From positions 68,534 to 132,533 of the forward strand of contig JAFXKZ010000001.1 in NCBI GenBank assembly GCA_017531445.1: a stretch of 64,000 bases of DNA. The letters are read 5' to 3'. The notes under the pieces were generated by a model, which was given only the letters and a program-made list of their open reading frames with translations, was not told the origin of the DNA and made no database searches. The position numbers and the translations under genes were made by a program. Positions 10,249-18,428 of this stretch are shown in pieces. How positions within the stretch are numbered: the first letter of the stretch is position 1; each line of letters opens with the position of its first letter. The DNA comes from Kiritimatiellia bacterium (GTDB lineage: Bacteria; Verrucomicrobiota; Kiritimatiellia; RFP12; DVOR01).

Positions 10249-10595
10249 ATTTGCAGCGCGTTCAGGTGGGAGATCGGGGGAGAAGAAGCAGAACTTGAGG
10301 ATGCGTTGGAAGAGCTTTTCGAGTGGGGGCCGTACGCATTCAGGCACTTCTTCAACGTTATCTCCGGGAAAGTCTTTTTTTGAATCGCCAATGGCAGCGC
10401 GGATTTTGAACAACAAATGTATTTATCTGGTCAGAGTGACAGTGTGCAGGATGACGATGTGTGTGAAAGGTTTAAGGGTTGCGTGGATGGTTCAAGGGTA
10501 AGAGATAAGATTGAAAGTGGATAATTGAGCGGTTTGAAACCGTTCAATCCGGAATTGTTTTTCGGCAGGGCGTATGCAGAATGAGGTGGACCTTC

Positions 10596-10633
10596 TTCAA
10601 AACAATGCAGGGAGCGGGTAGCCGCTCCCTGCA
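10596..10633 (-). terminator. lysS terminator hairpin
   Basis: 12-bp perfect stem TGCAGGGAGCGG/CCGCTCCCTGCA (10606-10617 / 10622-10633), followed on the minus strand by TTGTTTTG. Confidence 0.6.
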
Positions 10634-10654
10634 GGATTGAACGTATCTACGCCC

Positions 10655-12106
10655 TTAATTTTCGCTCTTCATTTGCGGGAAGAGGATGACGTCACGGATA
10701 CATTCGGTGCCGGTCATGAACATGACGAGGCGGTCAATGCCGAGCCCGAGTCCGCCCGTTGGCGGCATACCATATTCCAATGCTTCGACAAAGTCCTGGT
10801 CGGTAGGTTCTGCATCTGCTTCTACCTGATTGGCGAAAGCGGCGCGTTGTGCTTCGGGATCGTTCTGCTCGGTGTAGCCGGGGCAGAGTTCTTTGCCGGC
10901 AACAACAAATTCAAAAACGTCCACGAGCGACGGATCATCCGGGCAGGCTTTCGCCAACGGTACATACTGCTTGGGGATGCGCGTAACGAAGGTTGGCTGC
11001 CGGAGTGTGCTTTCAATCATCTTGTCGTAGACTTCGTGGGAAAGGGTAACCATGTCGGTGATTTCATCAACAAGTTCCAATCCTGCATCGGCGGCTCGTG
11101 CCCGTGCGGTTGCATAGTCAAGCTCAAACCAATCAGCTCCCATCTTCTCCTTGATGAGTTCTTGCTGCGTTACTTCGCGATACGGCGGTTCAAAGTTGAT
11201 GATTTCGCCGTTTTCGCCATAGGGCACCTGGCGTGTTCCGAGCACGGTATCGCAGAGATAAGGGAGCATTCCCTCGATGATGTTTTTCATCGACGTGCGA
11301 TCGCCATAGGCTTCATAGACCTCAAGAACGGTGAATTCGGGATTGTGTGTACGGTCAATGCCTTCGTTGCGGAAGTCCTTTCCGAGTTCAAAGACTTTGT
11401 CAAAACCGCCGACAATCAGACGCTTCAAGTAGAGCTCCGGAGCGATACGCAACACCATCTCGCGGTCAAGGGCGTTGTGATGCGTTACGAAAGGCTTTGC
11501 GGCGGCTCCGCCGGCCTGCCCCTGCATGATGGGCGTTTCCACCTCAATAAATCCTTTTGAGGAGAGGTAGTTGCGGATACCCAGAAGGATTTTGTGACGC
11601 TTGTCAAAGCGTGCCCGGCTTTCGGGATTGGACATCAAGTCCAGATAACGACGGCGATAACGCTCTTCGGTATCCTGCAATCCATGCCACTTTTCCGGGG
11701 GCTGGCGGATCGCCTTGGAGAGGAGTGTCCATTCTTTGACTTCCACCGTCTTTTCGCCTGCTTGCGTGGTGAAAAGGGTGCCGTGGACGCCGATAAAGTC
11801 ACCCAAGTCGAGCAGTTTGGCGGCGTTGTAGGCTTCTTCTCCCAAAACATCGCGTTTGAGCAGCACCTGAAAGGCATCGGTGCCGTCATTGAGATGAATG
11901 AACATCAGTTTGCCCATACGCCGTTTGGTCATGATACGTCCGGCGACAGAGGCGGCTTTTCCTTCTTCAAATCCTGCACGTACTTCGCTCAAGTTGCCTG
12001 TGCGCGGGAAGGCTTTCCCATAGGGCGCATAACCGAGTTCTGCGAGTTTACGGCGGTTTTCAATCCGTTGTGCGCGGTATTGATCGGGTGTCTTTTCCTG
12101 AGCCAT
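10655..12106 (-). CDS. lysS: lysine--tRNA ligase (class II)
   Basis: Full-length LysS-like sequence (OB-fold N-terminus, class II motifs FRNEGID...HNPEFT, GGLGLGIDRLVM). Start at MAQEKTPDQY, 10 nt after the tkt stop, with an AAGGAA RBS. Confidence 0.92.
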   Translation of the reverse strand: MAQEKTPDQYRAQRIENRRKLAELGYAPYGKAFPRTGNLSEVRAGFEEGKAASVAGRIMTKRRMGKLMFIHLNDGTDAFQVLLKRDVLGEEAYNAAKLLDLGDFIGVHGTLFTTQAGEKTVEVKEWTLLSKAIRQPPEKWHGLQDTEERYRRRYLDLMSNPESRARFDKRHKILLGIRNYLSSKGFIEVETPIMQGQAGGAAAKPFVTHHNALDREMVLRIAPELYLKRLIVGGFDKVFELGKDFRNEGIDRTHNPEFTVLEVYEAYGDRTSMKNIIEGMLPYLCDTVLGTRQVPYGENGEIINFEPPYREVTQQELIKEKMGADWFELDYATARARAADAGLELVDEITDMVTLSHEVYDKMIESTLRQPTFVTRIPKQYVPLAKACPDDPSLVDVFEFVVAGKELCPGYTEQNDPEAQRAAFANQVEADAEPTDQDFVEALEYGMPPTGGLGLGIDRLVMFMTGTECIRDVILFPQMKSEN

Positions 12107-12116
12107 GAGGCGTTCC

Positions 12117-14120
12117 TTACTTGGAAAGGTAGTCATTGATGAGGGCGGAGAGCCCCTCGACAGTGAAGCCGAAATATTCAGCGAGCTTGCCGGCTGGGCC
12201 CGAGGCTCCGAAGCCGCCCATGGTCAGCGTGGTGCCTTCATCGCCGATATAACGCTCCCAACCGAAAGCCGATGCCGCTTCCACCGCGATACGTTTCTTC
12301 ACGGAAGGCGGCAACACGCGCTTGCGATAGGCGGCGTTTTGCGCTTCAAAGAGTTCCCAACTCGGCATGGAGACCACACGCAGGTTGCGCCCGTCGGTCT
12401 GTGCTGCTTCGAGGGCGAGGCTGACCTCCGAGCCCGAGGCAATCAGGATCGCTTCGGGCGTTTTGTCCGGATTGCGCTGCCAGAGGATATACGCGCCCCG
12501 GGCGGTTTCATCGGCAGAGGGATAGACAGTGCGGTCGATAACCGGCAGGTTCTGACGCGAAAGGAGAAGCGCAGTCGGGCCATGTTTGCGGCTGAGGGCC
12601 ACTTCCCACGCCACGGCGGTTTCGGTGGCATCTGCCGGACGCAACACGCACATATTGGGCATGGCGCGCATGGCCGGAAGCTGCTCGATCGGTTCGTGCG
12701 TGGGACCGTCTTCGCCCACATAGAAGCTGTCGTGCGTCAATACGTAGATTACCGGAAGCCCCATTAACGCTGCAACGCGCATGACCGGACGGCAATAGTC
12801 GCAGAAAACAAAGAAGGTGCCGCCAAAGGTGCGCAACCCACCATGCACGGTGATGCCGTTCATGATTGCCGCCATCCCCTGTTCACGCACACCGAAACGG
12901 AAGTTGCGCCCGGTAAAATCGCCCTTGGCAATATCTCCCATCCCGTTGAGATAGGTCATATTGGAAGGCGCAAGGTCGGCACTGCCGCCCACAAGCCATG
13001 GGACGACCGGCGCAATGGCATTGAGCACTTTTCCGGAGGCTACACGCGTAGAGACAGGCTTACCATCCCATACCGGCAGATGATCTTCCAGATCTTCCGG
13101 CAGGGTGTTCTTGAGGCAGGCTTCCCATGCGGCTTTGAGCTTGATATCGGCAAAGGCAGCCTTCGCCGTGCGCTTCCAGGCATTGCGCACACGCTTCATC
13201 TTTGCTGCACGGGCGGCAAAGAGCGAACGCACGGCTTCCGGCACGACAAACGTTTCATCGGGATTGAAGCCGAGTGCCTGCTTGGTCAGGCGCAACTCTT
13301 CCGCGCCCAGCGGCGCACCATGGCAGGAGGCCGAGTCGGCCTTGTTGGGTGACCCTTTGCCGATGGTGGTTTCGCAAATCACGAGCACGGGTTTGTCTTC
13401 CGACTTGGCGGCCTTGCGCAACGTGCGGTCAATGGCGGCAATATCGTGCCCATCGCAAGTGAACACACGCCAGCCATACCCCTCAAAACGCTTTTTGGTG
13501 TCGTCGCTCATCGTGATGTCCACGCGTCCCTCAATGGAGATACGGTTGGAATCATAAAGGAGGATGAGTTTGTTCAAGCCCAGATTTCCGGCCATGGAGC
13601 AGGCTTCATGCGAGATGCCCTCTTCCAGATCACCATCGCCGCAGGTCACCCAGGTGCGGTGATCAACGAGCGTGTGCTCCGGCGTGTTGAAGCGTGCGGC
13701 CATCATGCGTTCTGCAATCGCCATGCCCACACCGTTGGCAATACCCTGACCGAGCGGACCGGTGGTCGTCTCGACCCCCGGCACAATGCCGTATTCCGGG
13801 TGTCCGGGCGTCTTGGAACCGAGCTGACGGAACTGCTTGAGGTCGTCCATTGAAAGCGCGTGTCCGGAGAGGTGCAACAGGGCATACAGCAACGAAGAAC
13901 CGTGCCCGCCCGACATGACAAAGCGGTCGCGATCGGCCCATGCCGGGTCGCTTCCGCAGAGTTTGAGGTGGCGCAGCCACAATACGGCGGCGACATCGGC
14001 CAAGCCCAACGCCACCCCCGGATGGCCGGAATTGGCACTTTGAACTTCATCAGCGGCGAGGCAGCGCAACGTGTTGGCTGCCAAAAGCATCTCGTTAAGG
14101 TCAAGTTTGCTCATGTGCAT
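12117..14120 (-). CDS. tkt: transketolase
   Basis: 667 aa with SGHPG, GPLGQGIANGVGMA, GDGDLEEGISHEA and THDSFYVGEDGPTHEPIEQ motifs. Confidence 0.95.
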   Translation of the reverse strand: MHMSKLDLNEMLLAANTLRCLAADEVQSANSGHPGVALGLADVAAVLWLRHLKLCGSDPAWADRDRFVMSGGHGSSLLYALLHLSGHALSMDDLKQFRQLGSKTPGHPEYGIVPGVETTTGPLGQGIANGVGMAIAERMMAARFNTPEHTLVDHRTWVTCGDGDLEEGISHEACSMAGNLGLNKLILLYDSNRISIEGRVDITMSDDTKKRFEGYGWRVFTCDGHDIAAIDRTLRKAAKSEDKPVLVICETTIGKGSPNKADSASCHGAPLGAEELRLTKQALGFNPDETFVVPEAVRSLFAARAAKMKRVRNAWKRTAKAAFADIKLKAAWEACLKNTLPEDLEDHLPVWDGKPVSTRVASGKVLNAIAPVVPWLVGGSADLAPSNMTYLNGMGDIAKGDFTGRNFRFGVREQGMAAIMNGITVHGGLRTFGGTFFVFCDYCRPVMRVAALMGLPVIYVLTHDSFYVGEDGPTHEPIEQLPAMRAMPNMCVLRPADATETAVAWEVALSRKHGPTALLLSRQNLPVIDRTVYPSADETARGAYILWQRNPDKTPEAILIASGSEVSLALEAAQTDGRNLRVVSMPSWELFEAQNAAYRKRVLPPSVKKRIAVEAASAFGWERYIGDEGTTLTMGGFGASGPAGKLAEYFGFTVEGLSALINDYLSK

Positions 14121-14151
14121 AAACCTCTTTTTAAGGCAAAATCAAGCACAT

Positions 14152-14180
14152 AGTATAACAAAAAGTCGCATAGTTCACAA
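14152..14180 (-). promoter_or_regulatory. putative tkt-lysS promoter (TTGTGA-N17-TGtTATACT)
   Basis: Minus-strand -35 at 14180-14175. Extended -10 at 14160-14152. About 30 nt upstream of the tkt ATG. Confidence 0.5.
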
Positions 14181-14359
14181 ACCGCTGCCGCGTAACGCAC
14201 TGAAAACAGGTGTCCATTCATGGTGAAAACCGCAGGTGTGCCTATTTATTTCGGGCGTAGCCATCACCGCGGTGAACCTCCGGGGAAAACGTGGCTGCCA
14301 GTGCTTCGCTCGTCCGGTGCTGTGGAAGCACACGTGTATGCCGGGGGAAAGTGAAAATG

Positions 14360-14455
14360 AACATGGGCGAAACTGCGCGGGAAGATGGGCGAGAGTGCAT
14401 GGGGCACTTGGGCGGAGTTCCTCGCGCACATGGGCGAAGTTGAAAACGAAGGTGG
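14360..14455. repeat. cluster of REP-like 11-mers (three ATGGGCGA copies) plus AAGTTGAAAACGAAGGTGG module
   Basis: AACATGGGCGA at 14360, AGATGGGCGA at 14383, ACATGGGCGA at 14428. The module at 14437-14455 is 18/19 identical to 35167-35185. Confidence 0.75.
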
Positions 14456-14613
14456 CCGTGAAACTTTTTCTTGTGGCGCGGCAACGGAAAAACGGGTGCG
14501 CCGTTCGCGCTTTCCGCTGCGGCAACGTTGCGCCCTGATAGCCTGCTTTGGAGGGGAGATGACGCTTGCTGTTGCGGGGAGGTTTTGATAACCTATCAAT
14601 GGTTACCGGTCAT

Positions 14614-14685
14614 AAAAAAGCCCCATACGGAGTACGTACAGGGAAGTCTTTGCGACTGCGGCATATAGCCTTGTTGTGAAAAGAC
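14614..14685 (-). ncRNA. tracrRNA: tracrRNA (predicted primary transcript, ~72 nt; weak residual anti-repeat homology extends to ~14710)
   Basis: Minus strand reads GUCUUUUCACAAC-AAGGCUAUAUGCC-GCAGUCGCAAAGACUU-CCCUGUACGuacucCGUAUGGGG-CUUUUUU. The first 13 nt are the perfect complement of repeat nt 1-13 (GTTGTGAAAAGAC). They are followed by an AAGG + GGC/GCC nexus-like hairpin, an AGUC/GACU hairpin, and a 9-bp hairpin with U6 terminator. Confidence 0.8.
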
Positions 14686-14691
14686 AGTGTT

Positions 14692-14721
14692 ATTGTAGAG
14701 GATTTTGCCCGGGACTGTCAA
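14692..14721 (-). promoter_or_regulatory. tracrRNA promoter (TTGACA-N18-TACAAT)
   Basis: Minus-strand -35 TTGACA at 14721-14716. -10 TACAAT at 14697-14692. Predicted +1 near 14685. The -35 lies 14 nt from the cas9 ATG and abuts its GGAGG RBS. Confidence 0.6.
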
Positions 14722-14735
14722 ACGGAGGCTTTAAG

Positions 14736-17700
14736 ATGAAGCGTTTAGGGATCGATTTGGGCACGTCGTCTTTGGGTTGGGCGATTCTGGATGATGAACG
14801 GATGTTTGCTTCACCAATAGGGGACGCGGCAACGTCTCCCATTGACTGCGGCGTGGTGATTTTCCCGGAAGGAATGGAGCGGGATAAATCGGATAATCTG
14901 AAATCTCCGGCGGCCTCACGGCGCAGTGCACGGGCGATGCGGCGGTTGATTTATCGCCGGAAATTGCGGAAGTTCCACCTACTCCAAGTGCTGATTGAAA
15001 ACGGTATGTGCCCGCTCAGCGCGGAGGGATTGGCAAAATGGAAGGCCGAAGGGTGCTATCCGGTGCAGGAAGAAGCTTTTATGGCGTGGGTGCAGGCGAG
15101 CAATGACCACAATCCGTATGCCGATCGTGCGGCGGCGGCAGAGCGGGCGGTTGACCCCTTGACGCTTGGGCGGGCCCTCTATCATATCGCGCAAAGGCGT
15201 GGCTTCAAGAGCTCAAAAAAGGAGCAGTTGGAGGCTTTGCCCGGAGAGAGCAAAGCCGGGAAAAATGGGAAGAACTCCACGGAAGCAACGCAAACGAAGC
15301 AGGCAATTGATACGCTCACGCAAGCACTGGAGGCGGAATCGCTCACGTTGGGGCAATATTTTTACAAGCTGTTTTTGGCGAATGCCGCAGCGATTGCCGC
15401 TACGGGAGAATCGGGAACCTCAGAGAGAATCATCGAACGGATTCGCGGACGCAAGACCGGACGCATTGAGCATTATCAGAAAGAGTTTGAGGTGATTGCG
15501 GAGAAACAAGCGTTATCGTTGGAATTAAAGGAACGCCTGGCCTCAATTCTTTTCTTTCAGCGTCCGTTGCGGATTCAGCGTCATACGGTCGGGTATTGCG
15601 CACTTGAAAAGGGAAAATCGGCCAGAAAATATCGCCGCTGCTTAAAGAGTCATCCGACGTTTGAATACTACCGTGCGCTTTGCTTCCTTAATAATTTGCG
15701 CGTGGGTGAGACGTTGCAAGAGGGGAAAGACCGATTGCAAAATGGCGAGGGCACTCCTTTGTCGGCGGAAGAGCGCGCCAAAGTATTGGAGGCTTTGTGC
15801 GAAAAAGATAATTGCACAGTGGAAGAACTTTTCGGGAAGAAAAAGTCGCCTTTGGGCAAAAAGGTCTATACCAATTACCGCCCCTCGGATGATGCTCCCG
15901 TGATGCCGATCCGGGCACGCTTTATGAAGTTGGGGATCCCGGAGGCTCAATGGCAGATGGCGTTGAATGCCGCCATGGATTTTGAAGACCTTGAAAAGTT
16001 GATGGTTTGGGCACAGAAGCCGGAAACCCTTGGGCTCGAACCGAAAGCTGCGCGCACCTTTGCCCGGATGCGCTTTTCGACAGATCGCGCCGATTACAGT
16101 CTCCATGCAATCCGGAAAATCATTCCTTATCTGGAGCGGGGGTTTACGCTGCGCAAGGCCACTTTCTGTGCAAAATTGGGTGACATCATCCCGGCGTTTG
16201 AAGAGAAGCGCGAGCAAGTGTTGCAGGGTCTGTGCGACTGTGAGCGGAATTACGCGGAAGAAAAGGCGCGCCGCGTGCCGGGTGGGTATGGAAAAGTGAA
16301 TCCGCTGGAGACCTACCATTACAAGCGTTATCTCGCCGCGCAATGGGAAGTTTCGGAAGAAGCCTTCAAGCAGTTGTATGTGGATCTCACCGAGACCGAT
16401 GAGGCGAATCCGGTGTTGCCTCCGGTGAATCTGGGCGCGATCCGCAATCCGTTGAGCTGCCGTTCGCTGACGGTGTTGCGGCGTTTGGTGAATGCCTTGC
16501 GTAAAACGGGGAAGATTGATGCCCAAACGCAGATTTTCATTGAATTGGCGCACACGGTGAACAGTGCGAATGATTGCCGTGCGATTGAGCTGTATCAGAA
16601 GGAACAGAAAGCAAAACGTGAAGAAGCCGCTGCCGAGGTGCAGAACATCATTGACGAGCATCATCTTTCCATTACCGTTAATGAAGATACGATTTTACGC
16701 TATTTGCTTTGGGAAGAACAGGAGAAGTGTTGTGTCTACACAGGGCAACCCATCAGCCAGAAAGCGATCTTCACCGACTGTGATATTGAGCATACCATTC
16801 CGCGTTCGCGCGGGGGAACGAATGAACTTGAGAACCTTACCTTGTGTTTTCAACACTACAATCGCAATGTGAAAAAGGGAAAACTTCCCTCGGAGTGTCC
16901 CAATGCCACAGAAGCGTGGTTCGACCCGGAGACGAAGGAAGAATATCCGGCGTTGCAGATAAGTAAACCCTTGAAGCAGTGGCGCGATGCGTTGCATGGT
17001 TTGCAGAAAAAATTGGAGAAAAAACCGAAACGCGGCGGTGATGTTTCGATTTACAATCAGCAACGCATCAAATGGCTGTTGAGCAAGCGCAAGAGGGACT
17101 ATCTGAAAAAGAAATTGGAGACCTTTACAATCACGCGTGACAAGGTGGAAGAAAAAAGCTTCATTCCCCGACAGATGGTAGATACCGGCATCATCACTAC
17201 GCAGGCTGTCAAGTTTTTGAAGAGCCGCTATCGGCACGTTTATACGCGCAACGGTGCTGTTACTGCTGCCGCCCGAAAAGCGTGGGGGATTCAGAAAGAA
17301 GATGAGAAAAAAGCGCGTGTTGACCACATTCATCACGCGGTAGATGCGTGTGTGATTGCGGCACTGGATCCGAAAGCCTTTACGGAAATCTGCACACAGT
17401 TGGGCAAAAATGAGAAAACTACGCGCTGGAATGCGGTTGTGCCGCCGCCATATGAGGACTTTGCACGGCGGATCAATGCGGCGACCGAAAGCGTGTTGGT
17501 GCGGCATTTGCCGTTGAATCGTCAGGTGCGTCCGATTGGTAAGCGGCGGCAACGGGTGCCGCTATCGGTGAAAAAGCAATTGAAGTTTGAGAAGAAGGCA
17601 CCTGCAAAAGCGCAAAGAACCTTGGTGGTGCGTGGCAGTTTGCACAATGATACGCTTTATGGAAAGATCAAAATTGCAGGTGAAGAAACCGTTGTTTTGC

Positions 17701-18428
17701 GCAAGACGATCTCCGCACTTGGCAATGACCTGAAGAAAAATGTGGCAAATGCGGTGGACAAGGCCGTAAGAGAGGCCTTAGAGCAACAGATTGCAACGTA
17801 TGAGGCTCAGGGCATTGCGGTAAAAGACCTGCCCAATCAACGTTATCACCTCCCCTCCGGAATCCCCATCAAAAAGATTCGCGTCAAAATCAGCAAGCCT
17901 AAAAATCCGGATGCACTCCGCGCACAAGCCTTCGCCCCCGATAAGCCCGTCTATGGTTCCGGAAGCGATGCTTTGTGTCTTGAAATCGTCCAGAATAATA
18001 AAGGGGTGAGCGTTCCAATCTATCGAACGCTTCTTCAGGAGGTAAAAGAAACTCGATCGGATGAAGAAAAACGTGCGGTATCTTTCAAAATTTATCCCAT
18101 GCAACTTGCGCTTACGTATGAAAAATCTCCGGACGAATTAAAAATGCTTTCCGGTCGGGAATTGAGTAAGCGACTCTATGTTGTCCGAAAGGTGACAGAT
18201 GATGGTAGAACGACGCTTTACTACCATCGGGAAGCACGACGCTCTACGGTGTTGGGTGAAGAATTAAAAGCGATGGGGAAAAACAAAGAGGGTGCCTCCA
18301 ATGTTAATTTTTCAAGCCCTGAACCATTGCTGCTGGTCACCAAAGGCGTCTTCCTGGAGCATATGCTCTTTGAAGGCGTTCACTTCACGTTGTCAATGGA
18401 TGGTAAAATCGAGTGGATTGATGATTAA
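14736..18428 (+). CDS. cas9: CRISPR-associated endonuclease Cas9, type II-C (1230 aa)
   Basis: RuvC-I MKRLGIDLGTSSLGWAIL, bridge helix SRRSARAMRRLIYRRKLRKF, RuvC-II IFIELAH, HNH CDIEHTIPRSRGGTNELENLTLC..NRNVKKG, RuvC-III HHAVDACVIA. GGAGG RBS at 14724-14728. The track ORF start at 14676 is rejected because it lies in the tracrRNA anti-repeat. Confidence 0.95.
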   Translation: MKRLGIDLGTSSLGWAILDDERMFASPIGDAATSPIDCGVVIFPEGMERDKSDNLKSPAASRRSARAMRRLIYRRKLRKFHLLQVLIENGMCPLSAEGLAKWKAEGCYPVQEEAFMAWVQASNDHNPYADRAAAAERAVDPLTLGRALYHIAQRRGFKSSKKEQLEALPGESKAGKNGKNSTEATQTKQAIDTLTQALEAESLTLGQYFYKLFLANAAAIAATGESGTSERIIERIRGRKTGRIEHYQKEFEVIAEKQALSLELKERLASILFFQRPLRIQRHTVGYCALEKGKSARKYRRCLKSHPTFEYYRALCFLNNLRVGETLQEGKDRLQNGEGTPLSAEERAKVLEALCEKDNCTVEELFGKKKSPLGKKVYTNYRPSDDAPVMPIRARFMKLGIPEAQWQMALNAAMDFEDLEKLMVWAQKPETLGLEPKAARTFARMRFSTDRADYSLHAIRKIIPYLERGFTLRKATFCAKLGDIIPAFEEKREQVLQGLCDCERNYAEEKARRVPGGYGKVNPLETYHYKRYLAAQWEVSEEAFKQLYVDLTETDEANPVLPPVNLGAIRNPLSCRSLTVLRRLVNALRKTGKIDAQTQIFIELAHTVNSANDCRAIELYQKEQKAKREEAAAEVQNIIDEHHLSITVNEDTILRYLLWEEQEKCCVYTGQPISQKAIFTDCDIEHTIPRSRGGTNELENLTLCFQHYNRNVKKGKLPSECPNATEAWFDPETKEEYPALQISKPLKQWRDALHGLQKKLEKKPKRGGDVSIYNQQRIKWLLSKRKRDYLKKKLETFTITRDKVEEKSFIPRQMVDTGIITTQAVKFLKSRYRHVYTRNGAVTAAARKAWGIQKEDEKKARVDHIHHAVDACVIAALDPKAFTEICTQLGKNEKTTRWNAVVPPPYEDFARRINAATESVLVRHLPLNRQVRPIGKRRQRVPLSVKKQLKFEKKAPAKAQRTLVVRGSLHNDTLYGKIKIAGEETVVLRKTISALGNDLKKNVANAVDKAVREALEQQIATYEAQGIAVKDLPNQRYHLPSGIPIKKIRVKISKPKNPDALRAQAFAPDKPVYGSGSDALCLEIVQNNKGVSVPIYRTLLQEVKETRSDEEKRAVSFKIYPMQLALTYEKSPDELKMLSGRELSKRLYVVRKVTDDGRTTLYYHREARRSTVLGEELKAMGKNKEGASNVNFSSPEPLLLVTKGVFLEHMLFEGVHFTLSMDGKIEWIDD

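Noticed and set aside
14175-14668. Several 65-116-aa ORFs on both strands in the tkt-cas9 spacer (possible extra cas or anti-CRISPR genes)
   Set aside because: They are mutually overlapping frames in repeat-rich DNA, with no RBS and low-complexity Arg/Pro/Ser-rich translations. The region is better explained by the REP-like repeats, the tkt promoter and the tracrRNA.
15642-17552. Long minus-strand ORFs (340 aa and 285 aa) antisense to cas9
   Set aside because: They lie entirely inside the well-supported cas9 frame. Their translations are Arg/His/Gln-rich and low-complexity with no motifs. This is the typical antisense shadow ORF seen in GC-rich coding DNA.
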